Position numbers and translations under genes: made by a program
Shown: piece after piece, positions 23,001-35,009 of the stretch
How the letters are laid out: every line of letters begins with the position of its first letter
How positions within the stretch are numbered: the first letter of the stretch is position 1
Origin: Nemertoderma westbladi
Lineage: Eukaryota; Animalia; Xenacoelomorpha
Assembly (NCBI GenBank): GCA_032718475.1
Contig: JAUCBJ010009100.1
Location: 97,724-161,723, forward strand
Length of the DNA stretch: 64,000 nucleotides
Direction: 5' to 3'
The notes under the pieces: model-generated
What the model saw: only the letters and a program-made list of their open reading frames with translations
The model's database searches: none
What the model was told of the DNA's origin: nothing

Positions 23001-24490
23001 GGAGGGTTATAGTTATTGGCACTCTCTCCCATACTTGATGGATCAATGATAGGTGGAGTTTTAATGATGACACGACTACGGGTTTGTGGTGTGGATGTAA
23101 ATGGGTTGTTGGATCGGGGAGTGGCGTCCCGTTCCGAGTCCCTTTCAGGCTCGTACTTGGGTACACTCGTTGCCGTGGGGTTGGATGGGAAATACGGTTC
23201 CTCATTCTTTAGCGTAGCCAGTGGGGGATGGAACACCGGTGCTTGTGCCGATAACGTAGACTGTTTGGTAGGCGGGATCTCGGGTTTCGGAAGTTTCGCC
23301 GCTGTTGGTATAAATGACTTTTCTAATTCCGGTACCAGGATTGGTTCATATTCCTGATCTATATCCCTTACCCAGTCCTCGTAGAGTTGAATATCTCGTT
23401 CTATAAGTGCGGCTTCGTATTCCGCGAGTTTTGCAATATCCGCATTCTTTTTGTGGATGAGAATCGCTTGGGCCTCGGCGTGTTGTTTACGCATTTCTGC
23501 TTCCCATTTACGTTGTTCGATCTCTCGTTCGGCCTCTCGTCCACATTGTTCAGCCTCCTGTTTGCGTTGTTCAGCCTGCCGCTCGGCCTCTCGTCTATGT
23601 TGTTCCGCCTCCTGTTCGCGTTGTTCGGCCTCCTGCTTGCGTTGTTCAGCCTGCCGTTCAGCCTCTCGTTCACGTTGTTCGGCCTCCTGCTTGCGTTGTT
23701 CAGCCTGCCGTTCGGCCTCTCGTTCACGTTGTTTAACCTCCTGTTTGCGGTGTTCGGCCTCCTGTTTGCGTTGTTCAGCCTGCTGTTCGGCCTCTCGTCT
23801 ATGTTGTTCCGCCTCCTGTTCGCGTTGTTCAGCCTGCCGTTCGGCTGCTTGTTCGGCCTCTCGCTTTTGTGTTTCGGCGGCTAATACATCTTGCTCGGCT
23901 TGCAGTTGAATATCTTCCATCCGAGCTTTTAGGGCTAATGCCTTCCATTCTCGCAGTTGGTCTCGGAGTGGCGGCCCCCTTGAGAACTGCGCGCTGAGCC
24001 GGATATCTCGCTCCTAGCGCTGGAGTGCTGATTTCTAGCGGACCCCATTCTCTTTCGATGTACTGCTGTCCTGATGCTGGAGGATCGCACTGATTCCGCG
24101 TCTGTTCTTTCAGCTCTCTTGTAGTACTGTTCTTCATAGCCTCTCACAAGGCTGAGGGTCCTCCAGTGTTGTTTGCGGAACCCATCTAGATGTACAACGT
24201 GTTCTTCTAACTTGGGGTAGTTTTCTTGATCAGTGGAGGGAATTAGCTCTTGGTACGCCTGTATCATTCTTTCGTACCGCTGTAGGATATTTCGGATACT
24301 TTGAAGCTGAGTTTGTATCTCGTTGAGGGGGGTTTTGATTCCCTTGAGTTGTTTCTCTATCCGTTGATACTACTCCGCCTTTGAGAGCCCCTAGCCGACG
24401 GGTCATGTTTTTGACGTTTGGTACCTCGTCGGCTTCCGAGTCTGTGTGGTGATCCATTTCGTCGGTATCGGATACGTTATTGGTCGTCAT
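20090..24490 (-). pseudogene. gag-pol: gag-protease-RT part of the BEL/Pao polyprotein; N-terminus broken by two frameshifts
   Basis: Coiled-coil repeats, FEGDPVDY gag core, CLYC/CFRC/CAVC knuckles, FLDNGSDG protease, KIRVVNDA, DIKAMFHQV, YVDD. Fragments 24230-24490, 23935-24267 and 20090-23920. Confidence 0.9.
23500..23870 (-). repeat. In-frame coding minisatellite in gag (REAERQAEQRKQEAEQ coiled coil)
   Basis: Repeated 21/33-bp subunits visible in both DNA and translation. Confidence 0.85.
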
Positions 24491-24678
24491 TGTAGCGCCT
24501 CGTCGATAGCTAGATGCGCGATGTCATAAAACAGTTCCTCGTAGGTATTGTACTCAGCTTGGACCACCCGAACGGTAATCCTGAATCGTCCGACGTTCGT
24601 TCCTTGTACTTCAACTTCGACGTGCCAGATTCCTGGCTCAACTTGGATTATATCAATGGGTGTGATCGATACTTCCAT
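24487..24678 (-). CDS. Small 63-aa ORF whose stop overlaps the gag start (ATGA); function unknown
   Basis: ATG start, protein-like composition, and TGA 24487-24489 overlaps the gag ATG at 24488-24490. Confidence 0.35.
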   Translation of the reverse strand: MEVSITPIDIIQVEPGIWHVEVEVQGTNVGRFRITVRVVQAEYNTYEELFYDIAHLAIDEALQ

Positions 24679-25224
24679 TCCCTGTTAACAACTCTCCAAA
24701 TATGTGATCTGCCGACTACGAGTTGGTTAGATCGAGTTTGTTGATTAATAAAACCACGACTTCGTCTTAACTCAAATACCAGAGTTTCCTCGTAGTGGGT
24801 GCTGGCAAGCACGTAGAGAGTTTTGAAAAGTATTGAAGGACTCTCAACTTCCACCAGTTGAAGTTGGCCGCGTTTTACTCTCAATTTTGACACCCTGTCA
24901 AAATTGACCGTAATTATTCTCAATTTTGTTGCCGTTATCCCTACACCAGGGAGGAAAAACGCCGATGCTGGATACGTAACTTTACAGACCACAGAGTCCC
25001 GGCCAGTCACTGGATATTGAATTTGGAGAAGGAGGAATTTCTTAAATGCAGGATTGCGGTTGAGGAAAAGTCGCATTGGTTGGATATACTCTTTAATGTA
25101 ACTTCCTACAGTTGAAACCTGATTGAGAATAATTTTGGGCTTCCCAAAATCAATATACACCAAATATTCACAATAATTATACACGACAATATAAGTCCCT
25201 ACAGTATATTATTTAATTACCCAC

Positions 25225-26639
25225 TGTTCGCTCAGATTTTAGTCTACCCAATGTTCCCCAGATTTTAGCCTACCTAATGTTCCCCAGTCCTGGTCTTAGT
25301 GCCGTAGTGTCGGTGTCGGTCGACCCTGTCGCGTGTCCATTCCACCCCTCCCGAACCCCGAAGGGATCGATCATCGAGAACCAGCACGGCTTGGCTAGGA
25401 GTCTGTCGTGTCGGTGGACCCGTTCGCGCATCCGTCCCACCCCTCCCGAACCCCGAAGGGTTCGATCATCGAGAACCAGTACGGCTTAGCTAAGGGTCCG
25501 TCAGTTCATCGCAGAGACCCGACCACCTAGGCTTTCCGAGTCCTTATTCAGGCTCGTAGTCGCTTCGGCAGCCGAGAAACTGCTCCGAACAGTCGGTAGG
25601 CCAGTAGCATCCAGTCCTTTGTCTTTCGACCCCGTCGCATGTCCGTCCCACCCCTCACAAACCCCAAAGGGAACAATCATCGAGAACCAGTACGGCTTAG
25701 CTCAGGGGTCTGTCGTCGGTTCCCGTCGCAAATCCCTGGTACAAGCAGCCGGCGTTCCGATGTCCTTTTCAGGCTCGTAATAACTGCTGTTGACCAGAGA
25801 CCGCTAAGGGCAGTCCTCGTCAAACCCTTCCTCTGTAAGTCGGCCGCCGTTTCGCATGTCCATCCCACCCCTCGCGAACCCCGAAGGGATCGGTCATCAA
25901 GAACCAGTACGGCTTAGGTAAGGGGGCTGTCGTTGCCCGTCGCGAATCCCTGACACAAGCAGTCAGCATTCCGAGTTCTTTTCAGTCTCGTAATAGCTGC
26001 CGTTGACCAGAGACCGCTAAGGGCAGTCCTCGTCAAACCCGTCTTGGCCAGCCCTTTCGCATGTCCGTCCCACCCCTCACAAACCCCGAAGGGATCGGTC
26101 ATCGAGAACCAGTACGGCTTAGCTCAGGGGGCAGTCGTTAGTCGGCCACCCTTTCGCATGTCCGTCCCACCCCTCGCGAACCCCGAAGGGATCGGTCATC
26201 AAGAACCAGTACGGCTTAGCTAAGGGGGCTGTCGTTTCCCGTCGCGAATCCCTGACACAAGCAGTCAGCGTTCCGAGTTCTTTTCAGTCTCGTAATAACT
26301 GCTGTTGGCCAGGGACCACTAAGGGCAGTCCTTGTCCTTTAGGCCTGGCGCATTACCAAATCCACCCCTACAGGCAGCAGGAAGTTGGCCAGGGCCTAAT
26401 AGTACTCAGGCTAACCTGAATACTGCTTAACTTTGCCTCCCACCCCTGGCCCTTATAACTATGAAATTATTCCCGTACCCTGTAAGTTGCCCCAAAGTTC
26501 GCCCATAAATCGCCCCCAGTTTATTGAATGTGCCCAAAACCCATGGTCCCGCACCCAGTAATAATATCGGAATAATCAATTTTAAATAAATACAAAAAAT
26601 ATTCAACTCGCATTATGAAAAGTTGAAATACCGCGAACA
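25225..26639 (-). repeat. 5' LTR (~1.4 kb) with hairpin-repeat array
   Basis: Terminal inverted repeat TGTTCGC...GCGAACA (25225 / 26639); TGG follows 1 nt after the LTR end on the minus strand. Six repeat units and four copies of motif B. The inner boundary is tentative. Confidence 0.8.
26418..26460 (-). promoter_or_regulatory. Putative LTR core promoter (TATAA plus GCAGT initiator-like motif ~28 nt downstream)
   Basis: Minus-strand AGTTATAAGG followed by AAGCAGTATTC; conserved in the 3' LTR (~11032-11073). Confidence 0.45.
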
Positions 26640-27818
26640 TCGACTATTGATCATTTTGTTGTCAGTGAATCACTATTTAATTGCAATTTCAATGCAGATG
26701 TTTTGCATTTAGGTAATAATTTGTCCAACCATAGCCCAATATATTTTAAAGTTGAAGTAGATGATTTAGACTACACAGTACAAGATGAAGTCAGACCTAA
26801 TAGGTCTAACTATAACTATAGTAAAGCATCAGATGACCAGAAACATAAATTTCAGCGTAGACTTGATGACAGGTTAAATGGTTTAACAGTGCCAGCTTGT
26901 GTCGTTGGTTGTAGTAATGCTTTTTGTTCATCTGTTGAGCATATAATGTTAATTGAGCAATATATGTTAAATGTGCTTGATTCTATCGAGATAGTGGCCG
27001 AGTGTTTACCTCAGAGCGGAGGATTGGTCAATAGCGATGCTACACAGGGAGAAATTATGCCTGGGTGGAATATTCATGTAAAATAATATAAAACAGATGC
27101 AACTTTTTATCATGGACTCTGGGTCTCGGCGGGGAGGCCAAATGCCTCACAGGGCAATTTGTTTCATCTACGCCAACGCTCACGTGCTCAATATAAATAT
27201 GCGGTGCGCAGGTTGAAGAAAATGACGGATAAAATAAAAAGGGAGAAACTTTTAGAGGCTGCTATCTCTGGTAATTCTAGAATTGTTGACGAGATTCGTA
27301 ATTTATGTGGGTGCAGTAATGTACAAAGTAGTGCTGTAGACGGTGAAACCGAGGCTCAGCATATAGCCGATAATTTTTCTCGGATTTACAAAGAATTGTA
27401 TAATCAAAGTAGTGAGGTTGAATATGACAGTTTGCTTAATGATCTGTATAATATTATTCGTGATAATGATTTGATAACTAGTATGGCAGTAACTGTTGAC
27501 GATGTTAAGGATGCAATGCAAAGGCTAAAAAGTTCAAAAAGTGACGTATTTTATAGTTTCGATTCGGATTCATTAATTAATGGTGGCGATGTGTTCTTCG
27601 AACATATAGCAAAGTTATTTAATATATTTTTAACTCATGGTGTGATACCTAAATGTTTATTGTCTATTGCGTTAATTCCAATTATAAAGAATAAGTTGGG
27701 AAATATTGCGTCTTCCAGTAATTATCGTGCAATTGCTGTAGCGTCACTGGTTTTAAAGATATTCGAGTTAGTTATATTAACTACACAGGGTAGTAAGTTA
27801 GATTTGCATGACTTGCAA

Positions 27819-30800
27819 TTTGGGTATCAGCCGCTGTCCAGCACTGTATTATGCTCTTGGACAGCGACTTTGGGTATCAGCCGCTGTCCAGCACTGTATT
27901 ATGCTTTTGGACAGCGACTTTGGGTATCAGCCGCTGTCCAGCACTGTATTATGCTTTTGGACAGCGACTTTGGGTATCAGCCGCTGTCCAGCACTGTATT
28001 ATGCTCTTGGACAGCGACTTTGGGTATCAGCCGCTGTCCAGCACTGTATTATGCTCTTGGACAGCGACTTTGGGTATCAGCCGCTGTCCAGCACTGTATT
28101 ATGCTCTTGGACAGCGACTTTGGGTATCAGCCGCTGTCCAGCACTGTATTATGCTCTTGGACAGCGACTTTGGGTATCAGCCGCTGTCCAGCACTGTATT
28201 ATGCTCTTGGACAGCGACTTTGGGTATCAGCCGCTGTCCAGCACTGTATTATGCTCTTGGACAGCGACTTTGGGTATCAGCCGCTGTCCAGCACTGTATT
28301 ATGCTCTTGGACAGCGACTTTGGGTATCAGCCGCTGTCCAGCACTGTATTATGCTCTTGGACAGCGACTTTGGGTATCAGCCGCTGTCCAGCACTGTATT
28401 ATGCTCTTGGACAGCGACTTTGGGTATCAGCCGCTGTCCAGCACTGTATTATGCTCTTGGACAGCGACTTTGGGTATCAGCCGCTGTCCAGCACTGTATT
28501 ATGCTCTTGGACAGCAACTTTGGGTATCAGCCGCTGTCCAGCACTGTATTATGCTCTTGGACAGCAACTTTGGGTATCAGCCGCTGTCCAGCACTGTATT
28601 ATGCTCTTGGACAGCGACTTTGGGTATCAGCCGCTGTCCAGCACTGTATTATGCTCTTGGACAGCGACTTTGGGTATCAGCCGCTGTCCAGCACTGTATT
28701 ATGCTCTTGGACAGCGACTTTGGGTATCAGCCGCTGTCCAGCACTGTATTATGCTCTTGGACAGCAACTTTGGGTATCAGCCGCTGTCCAGCACTGTATT
28801 ATGCTCTTGGACAGCAACTTTGGGTATCAGCCGCTGTCCAGCACTGTATTATGCTCTTGGACAGCGACTTTGGGTATCAGCCGCTGTCCAGCACTGTATT
28901 ATGCTCTTGGACAGCGACTTTGGGTATCAGCCGCTGTCCAGCACTGTATTATGCTTTTGGACAGCGACTTTGGGTATCAGCCGCTGTCCAGCACTGTATT
29001 ATGCTTTTGGACAGCGACTTTGGGTATCAGCCGCTGTCCAGCACTGTATTATGCTCTTGGACAGCGACTTTGGGTATCAGCCGCTGTCCAGCACTGTATT
29101 ATGCTCTTGGACAGCGACTTTGGGTATCAGCCGCTGTCCAGCACTGTATTATGCTCTTGGACAGCGACTTTGGGTATCAGCCGCTGTCCAGCACTGTATT
29201 ATGCTCTTGGACAGCGACTTTGGGTATCAGCCGCTGTCCAGCACTGTATTATGCTCTTGGACAGCGACTTTGGGTATCAGCCGCTGTCCAGCACTGTATT
29301 ATGCTCTTGGACAGCGACTTTGGGTATCAGCCGCTGTCCAGCACTGTATTATGCTCTTGGACAGCGACTTTGGGTATCAGCCGCTGTCCAGCACTGTATT
29401 ATGCTCTTGGACAGCGACTTTGGGTATCAGCCGCTGTCCAGCACTGTATTATGCTCTTGGACAGCGACTTTGGGTATCAGCCGCTGTCCAGCACTGTATT
29501 ATGCTCTTGGACAGCGACTTTGGGTATCAGCCGCTGTCCAGCACTGTATTATGCTCTTGGACAGCGACTTTGGGTATCAGCCGCTGTCCAGCACTGTATT
29601 ATGCTCTTGGACAGCGACTTTGGGTATCAGCCGCTGTCCAGCACTGTATTATGCTCTTGGACAGCGACTTTGGGTATCAGCCGCTGTCCAGCACTGTATT
29701 ATGCTCTTGGACAGCGACTTTGGGTATCAGCCGCTGTCCAGCACTGTATTATGCTCTTGGACAGCGACTTTGGGTATCAGCCGCTGTCCAGCACTGTATT
29801 ATGCTCTTGGACAGCGACTTTGGGTATCAGCCGCTGTCCAGCACTGTATTATGCTCTTGGACAGCGACTTTGGGTATCAGCCGCTGTCCAGCACTGTATT
29901 ATGCTCTTGGACAGCGACTTTGGGTATCAGCCGCTGTCCAGCACTGTATTATGCTCTTGGACAGCGACTTTGGGTATCAGCCGCTGTCCAGCACTGTATT
30001 ATGCTCTTGGACAGCGACTTTGGGTATCAGCCGCTGTCCAGCACTGTATTATGCTCTTGGACAGCGACTTTGGGTATCAGCCGCTGTCCAGCACTGTATT
30101 ATGCTCTTGGACAGCGACTTTGGGTATCAGCCGCTGTCCAGCACTGTATTATGCTCTTGGACAGCGACTTTGGGTATCAGCCGCTGTCCAGCACTGTATT
30201 ATGCTCTTGGACAGCGACTTTGGGTATCAGCCGCTGTCCAGCACTGTATTATGCTCTTGGACAGCGACTTTGGGTATCAGCCGCTGTCCAGCACTGTATT
30301 ATGCTCTTGGACAGCGACTTTGGGTATCAGCCGCTGTCCAGCACTGTATTATGCTCTTGGACAGCGACTTTGGGTATCAGCCGCTGTCCAGCACTGTATT
30401 ATGCTCTTGGACAGCGACTTTGGGTATCAGCCGCTGTCCAGCACTGTATTATGCTTTTGGACAGCGACTTTGGGTATCAGCCGCTGTCCAGCACTGTATT
30501 ATGCTCTTGGACAGCGACTTTGGGTATCAGCCGCTGTCCAGCACTGTATTATGCTCTTGGACAGCGACTTTGGGTATCAGCCGCTGTCCAGCACTGTATT
30601 ATGCTCTTGGACAGCGACTTTGGGTATCAGCCGCTGTCCAGCACTGTATTATGCTCTTGGACAGCGACTTTGGGTATCAGCCGCTGTCCAGCACTGTATT
30701 ATGCTCTTGGACAGCAACTTTGGGTATCAGCCGCTGTCCAGCACTGTATTATGCTCTTGGACAGCGACTTTGGGTATCAGCCGCTGTCCAGCACTGTATT

Positions 30801-30969
30801 ATGCTCTTGGACAGCGACTTTGGGTATCAGCCGCTGTCCAGCACTGTATTATGCTCTTGGACAGCGACTTTGGGTATCAGCCGCTGTCCAGCACTGTATT
30901 ATGCTCTTGGACAGCGACTTTGGGTATCAGCCGCTGTCCAGCACTGTATTATGCTCTTGGACAGCGACT
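27819..30969 (+). repeat. 50-bp tandem array (~63 copies) derived from LINE 2 RT coding sequence
   Basis: Unit TTTGGGTATCAGCCGCTGTCCAGCACTGTATTATGCTCTTGGACAGCGAC encodes FGYQPLSSTVLCSWTAT, continuous with both flanks. Confidence 0.97.
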
Positions 30970-31282
30970 GAGGTTATAAATAATTATTTAAGACAGTCAA
31001 CGCCAGTTTATTCATGTATTCTGGATTTCACTAAGGCATTTGACTTGGTGGAATGGAAGAAATTATTCTTGGAACTTATTAAAAAGGGTATTTATTAATA
31101 GTTTATATTTAAGGTGCCTGTTAAATATTTACTGTAATCAGACTTGTTTTGTGCGATGGAATCTGCTTAAGTCCGATGCATTTACAATTGGCAATGGGGT
31201 AAGACAGGGGTCGTGTATATCTCCGATTCTGTTTTGCGTTATATTGAACATTCTTATTAATCGATTAAAAGATTCGAATGTA

Positions 31283-34040
31283 GGTTGTTTTATTGGTAGT
31301 CATTACTTTGGTTGTTTTATTGGTAGTCATTACTTTGGTTGTTTTATTGGTAGTCATTACTTTGGTTGTTTTATTGGTAGTCATTACTTTGGTTGTTTTA
31401 TTGGTAGTCATTACTTTGGTTGTTTTATTGGTAGTCATTACTTTGGTTGTTTTATTGGTAGTCATTACTTTGGTTGTTTTATTGGTAGTCATTACTTTGG
31501 TTGTTTTATTGGTAGTCATTACTTTGGTTGTTTTATTGGTAGTCATTACTTTGGTTGTTTTATTGGTAGTCATTACTTTGGTTGTTTTATTGGTAGTCAT
31601 TACTTTGGTTGTTTTATTGGTAGTCATTACTTTGGTTGTTTTATTGGTAGTCATTACTTTGGTTGTTTTATTGGTAGTCATTACTTTGGTTGTTTTATTG
31701 GTAGTCATTACTTTGGTTGTTTTATTGGTAGTCATTACTTTGGTTGTTTTATTGGTAGTCATTACTTTGGTTGTTTTATTGGTAGTCATTACTTTGGTTG
31801 TTTTATTGGTAGTCATTACTTTGGTTGTTTTATTGGTAGTCATTACTTTGGTTGTTTTATTGGTAGTCATTACTTTGGTTGTTTTATTGGTAGTCATTAC
31901 TTTGGTTGTTTTATTGGTAGTCATTACTTTGGTTGTTTTATTGGTAGTCATTACTTTGGTTGTTTTATTGGTAGTCATTACTTTGGTTGTTTTATTGGTA
32001 GTCATTACTTTGGTTGTTTTATTGGTAGTCATTACTTTGGTTGTTTTATTGGTAGTCATTACTTTGGTTGTTTTATTGGTAGTCATTACTTTGGTTGTTT
32101 TATTGGTAGTCATTACTTTGGTTGTTTTATTGGTAGTCATTACTTTGGTTGTTTTATTGGTAGTCATTACTTTGGTTGTTTTATTGGTAGTCATTACTTT
32201 GGTTGTTTTATTGGTAGTCATTACTTTGGTTGTTTTATTGGTAGTCATTACTTTGGTTGTTTTATTGGTAGTCATTACTTTGGTTGTTTTATTGGTAGTC
32301 ATTACTTTGGTTGTTTTATTGGTAGTCATTACTTTGGTTGTTTTATTGGTAGTCATTACTTTGGTTGTTTTATTGGTAGTCATTACTTTGGTTGTTTTAT
32401 TGGTAGTCATTACTTTGGTTGTTTTATTGGTAGTCATTACTTTGGTTGTTTTATTGGTAGTCATTACTTTGGTTGTTTTATTGGTAGTCATTACTTTGGT
32501 TGTTTTATTGGTAGTCATTACTTTGGTTGTTTTATTGGTAGTCATTACTTTGGTTGTTTTATTGGTAGTCATTACTTTGGTTGTTTTATTGGTAGTCATT
32601 ACTTTGGTTGTTTTATTGGTAGTCATTACTTTGGTTGTTTTATTGGTAGTCATTACTTTGGTTGTTTTATTGGTAGTCATTACTTTGGTTGTTTTATTGG
32701 TAGTCATTACTTTGGTTGTTTTATTGGTAGTCATTACTTTGGTTGTTTTATTGGTAGTCATTACTTTGGTTGTTTTATTGGTAGTCATTACTTTGGTTGT
32801 TTTATTGGTAGTCATTACTTTGGTTGTTTTATTGGTAGTCATTACTTTGGTTGTTTTATTGGTAGTCATTACTTTGGTTGTTTTATTGGTAGTCATTACT
32901 TTGGTTGTTTTATTGGTAGTCATTACTTTGGTTGTTTTATTGGTAGTCATTACTTTGGTTGTTTTATTGGTAGTCATTACTTTGGTTGTTTTATTGGTAG
33001 TCATTACTTTGGTTGTTTTATTGGTAGTCATTACTTTGGTTGTTTTATTGGTAGTCATTACTTTGGTTGTTTTATTGGTAGTCATTACTTTGGTTGTTTT
33101 ATTGGTAGTCATTACTTTGGTTGTTTTATTGGTAGTCATTACTTTGGTTGTTTTATTGGTAGTCATTACTTTGGTTGTTTTATTGGTAGTCATTACTTTG
33201 GTTGTTTTATTGGTAGTCATTACTTTGGTTGTTTTATTGGTAGTCATTACTTTGGTTGTTTTATTGGTAGTCATTACTTTGGTTGTTTTATTGGTAGTCA
33301 TTACTTTGGTTGTTTTATTGGTAGTCATTACTTTGGTTGTTTTATTGGTAGTCATTACTTTGGTTGTTTTATTGGTAGTCATTACTTTGGTTGTTTTATT
33401 GGTAGTCATTACTTTGGTTGTTTTATTGGTAGTCATTACTTTGGTTGTTTTATTGGTAGTCATTACTTTGGTTGTTTTATTGGTAGTCATTACTTTGGTT
33501 GTTTTATTGGTAGTCATTACTTTGGTTGTTTTATTGGTAGTCATTACTTTGGTTGTTTTATTGGTAGTCATTACTTTGGTTGTTTTATTGGTAGTCATTA
33601 CTTTGGTTGTTTTATTGGTAGTCATTACTTTGGTTGTTTTATTGGTAGTCATTACTTTGGTTGTTTTATTGGTAGTCATTACTTTGGTTGTTTTATTGGT
33701 AGTCATTACTTTGGTTGTTTTATTGGTAGTCATTACTTTGGTTGTTTTATTGGTAGTCATTACTTTGGTTGTTTTATTGGTAGTCATTACTTTGGTTGTT
33801 TTATTGGTAGTCATTACTTTGGTTGTTTTATTGGTAGTCATTACTTTGGTTGTTTTATTGGTAGTCATTACTTTGGTTGTTTTATTGGTAGTCATTACTT
33901 TGGTTGTTTTATTGGTAGTCATTACTTTGGTTGTTTTATTGGTAGTCATTACTTTGGTTGTTTTATTGGTAGTCATTACTTTGGTTGTTTTATTGGTAGT
34001 CATTACTTTGGTTGTTTTATTGGTAGTCATTACTTTGGTT
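31283..34040 (+). repeat. 27-bp tandem array (~102 apparently identical copies), in frame (GCFIGSHYF), just upstream of the YADD motif
   Basis: Unit GGTTGTTTTATTGGTAGTCATTACTTT, bounded by a GGTT microhomology. Confidence 0.97.
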
Positions 34041-35009
34041 TGTTGGCTTATGCCGACAACGTTTTGTTGTTGTGTCCGTCGGTATCGGGTTTACAGTTTA
34101 TGATAGACATTTGTGAAAGGTTTTGTGCAGAATTTAAGCTTCGCCTGAGTGTTAATGTAAATCAATCAAAGTGTAAATCGAAATGTATACCCTTTAATTT
34201 TAATTGGTGCCCTCCTCAGGTAAATATTGTTATTTCTGGAATTTCGTTACCATGGGTACGACAGGCAACCCATTTGGGAATTGTCCTGGACTATAGGTGC
34301 TATTTGGCTGCGGATACACTCATGAAACGTGGTGCATTTTTAGGCAAACTAGCAAATTTGAGACAAGAATTCTATTTTGCAGGCTCATATTGCTTGACTA
34401 ATATACAGAGAATATATGCTACTAGTTTTTATGGCAGCCCGGTATGGGACTTGTTTTCACATGAATGCGCCAGGATATTTACTGCATGGAATAATAATAT
34501 ACGTATGATTTGGGGTCTTCCCTTTACTGCACATAGGTTTATAGTTGAACGTTTAATACATTTTTCACATCCACGGGTAATGCTCTGCAGGCGCTTTTTG
34601 AATTTTTCTAGAACGATTATTACATCTTGTAAATTGCCCGTTAGATTTCTATCATATCTTACATTGTTTGACTGTAGAAGTAAGTGTGGTCTGAATCTTA
34701 GAAGATTATGTAATGAACTTGATCAACCTTACTTACATAAATTATGTGCTAATGATATAAATAAGTTGAAGTATATTTAATATTTATATTGATAATTCTC
34801 AGTTATGGCGCGTAAATTGCTGTCGCGACATAATTAAGTGCATAACTGGTCCAGACTTTGTTGACGGTTTCTCTGAAGAAGAATTACGTGATATGTTAAC
34901 TTATGTTGCTTCATATTAGTATAGTTTCGATGGTGTGTTTATATTATACTGCTGTATTCTTATTCTATTTAAGTATGGTTGTTTGTATATTTTCTACTGT
35001 ACTTAATCC

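Larger units (their letters stand above)
10091..26639 (-). mobile_element. BEL/Pao LTR retrotransposon with an accessory ORF; non-functional copy with truncated 3' LTR
   Basis: Direct LTRs both start TGTTCGCGG on the minus strand (26639 and 11253). A polypurine tract abuts the 3' LTR. gag-PR-RT-RNaseH-IN order with BEL-type motifs (three gag Zn knuckles, FLDNGS, YVDD, FSDAS, WxHVxGxxNPAD, DCFGP, SDNGTNF). Confidence 0.95.
26640..34910 (+). pseudogene. Disrupted ORF2 of LINE 2
   Basis: Stop at 27084-27086, frameshifts, YADD changed to YADN, and two internal tandem arrays. Confidence 0.85.

Noticed and set aside
24648-25184. 178-aa minus-strand ORF in the 5' leader
   Set aside because: Non-ATG start and no recognisable motifs.
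25205-25224. tRNA primer-binding site
   Set aside because: TGG is correctly placed, but I cannot match the following bases (GTAATTAAAT) to a tRNA 3' end.
27159-34780. 1000+ aa repeat-protein ORFs on both strands
   Set aside because: Produced by tandem arrays inside a pseudogenised LINE with stops, frameshifts and YADN.
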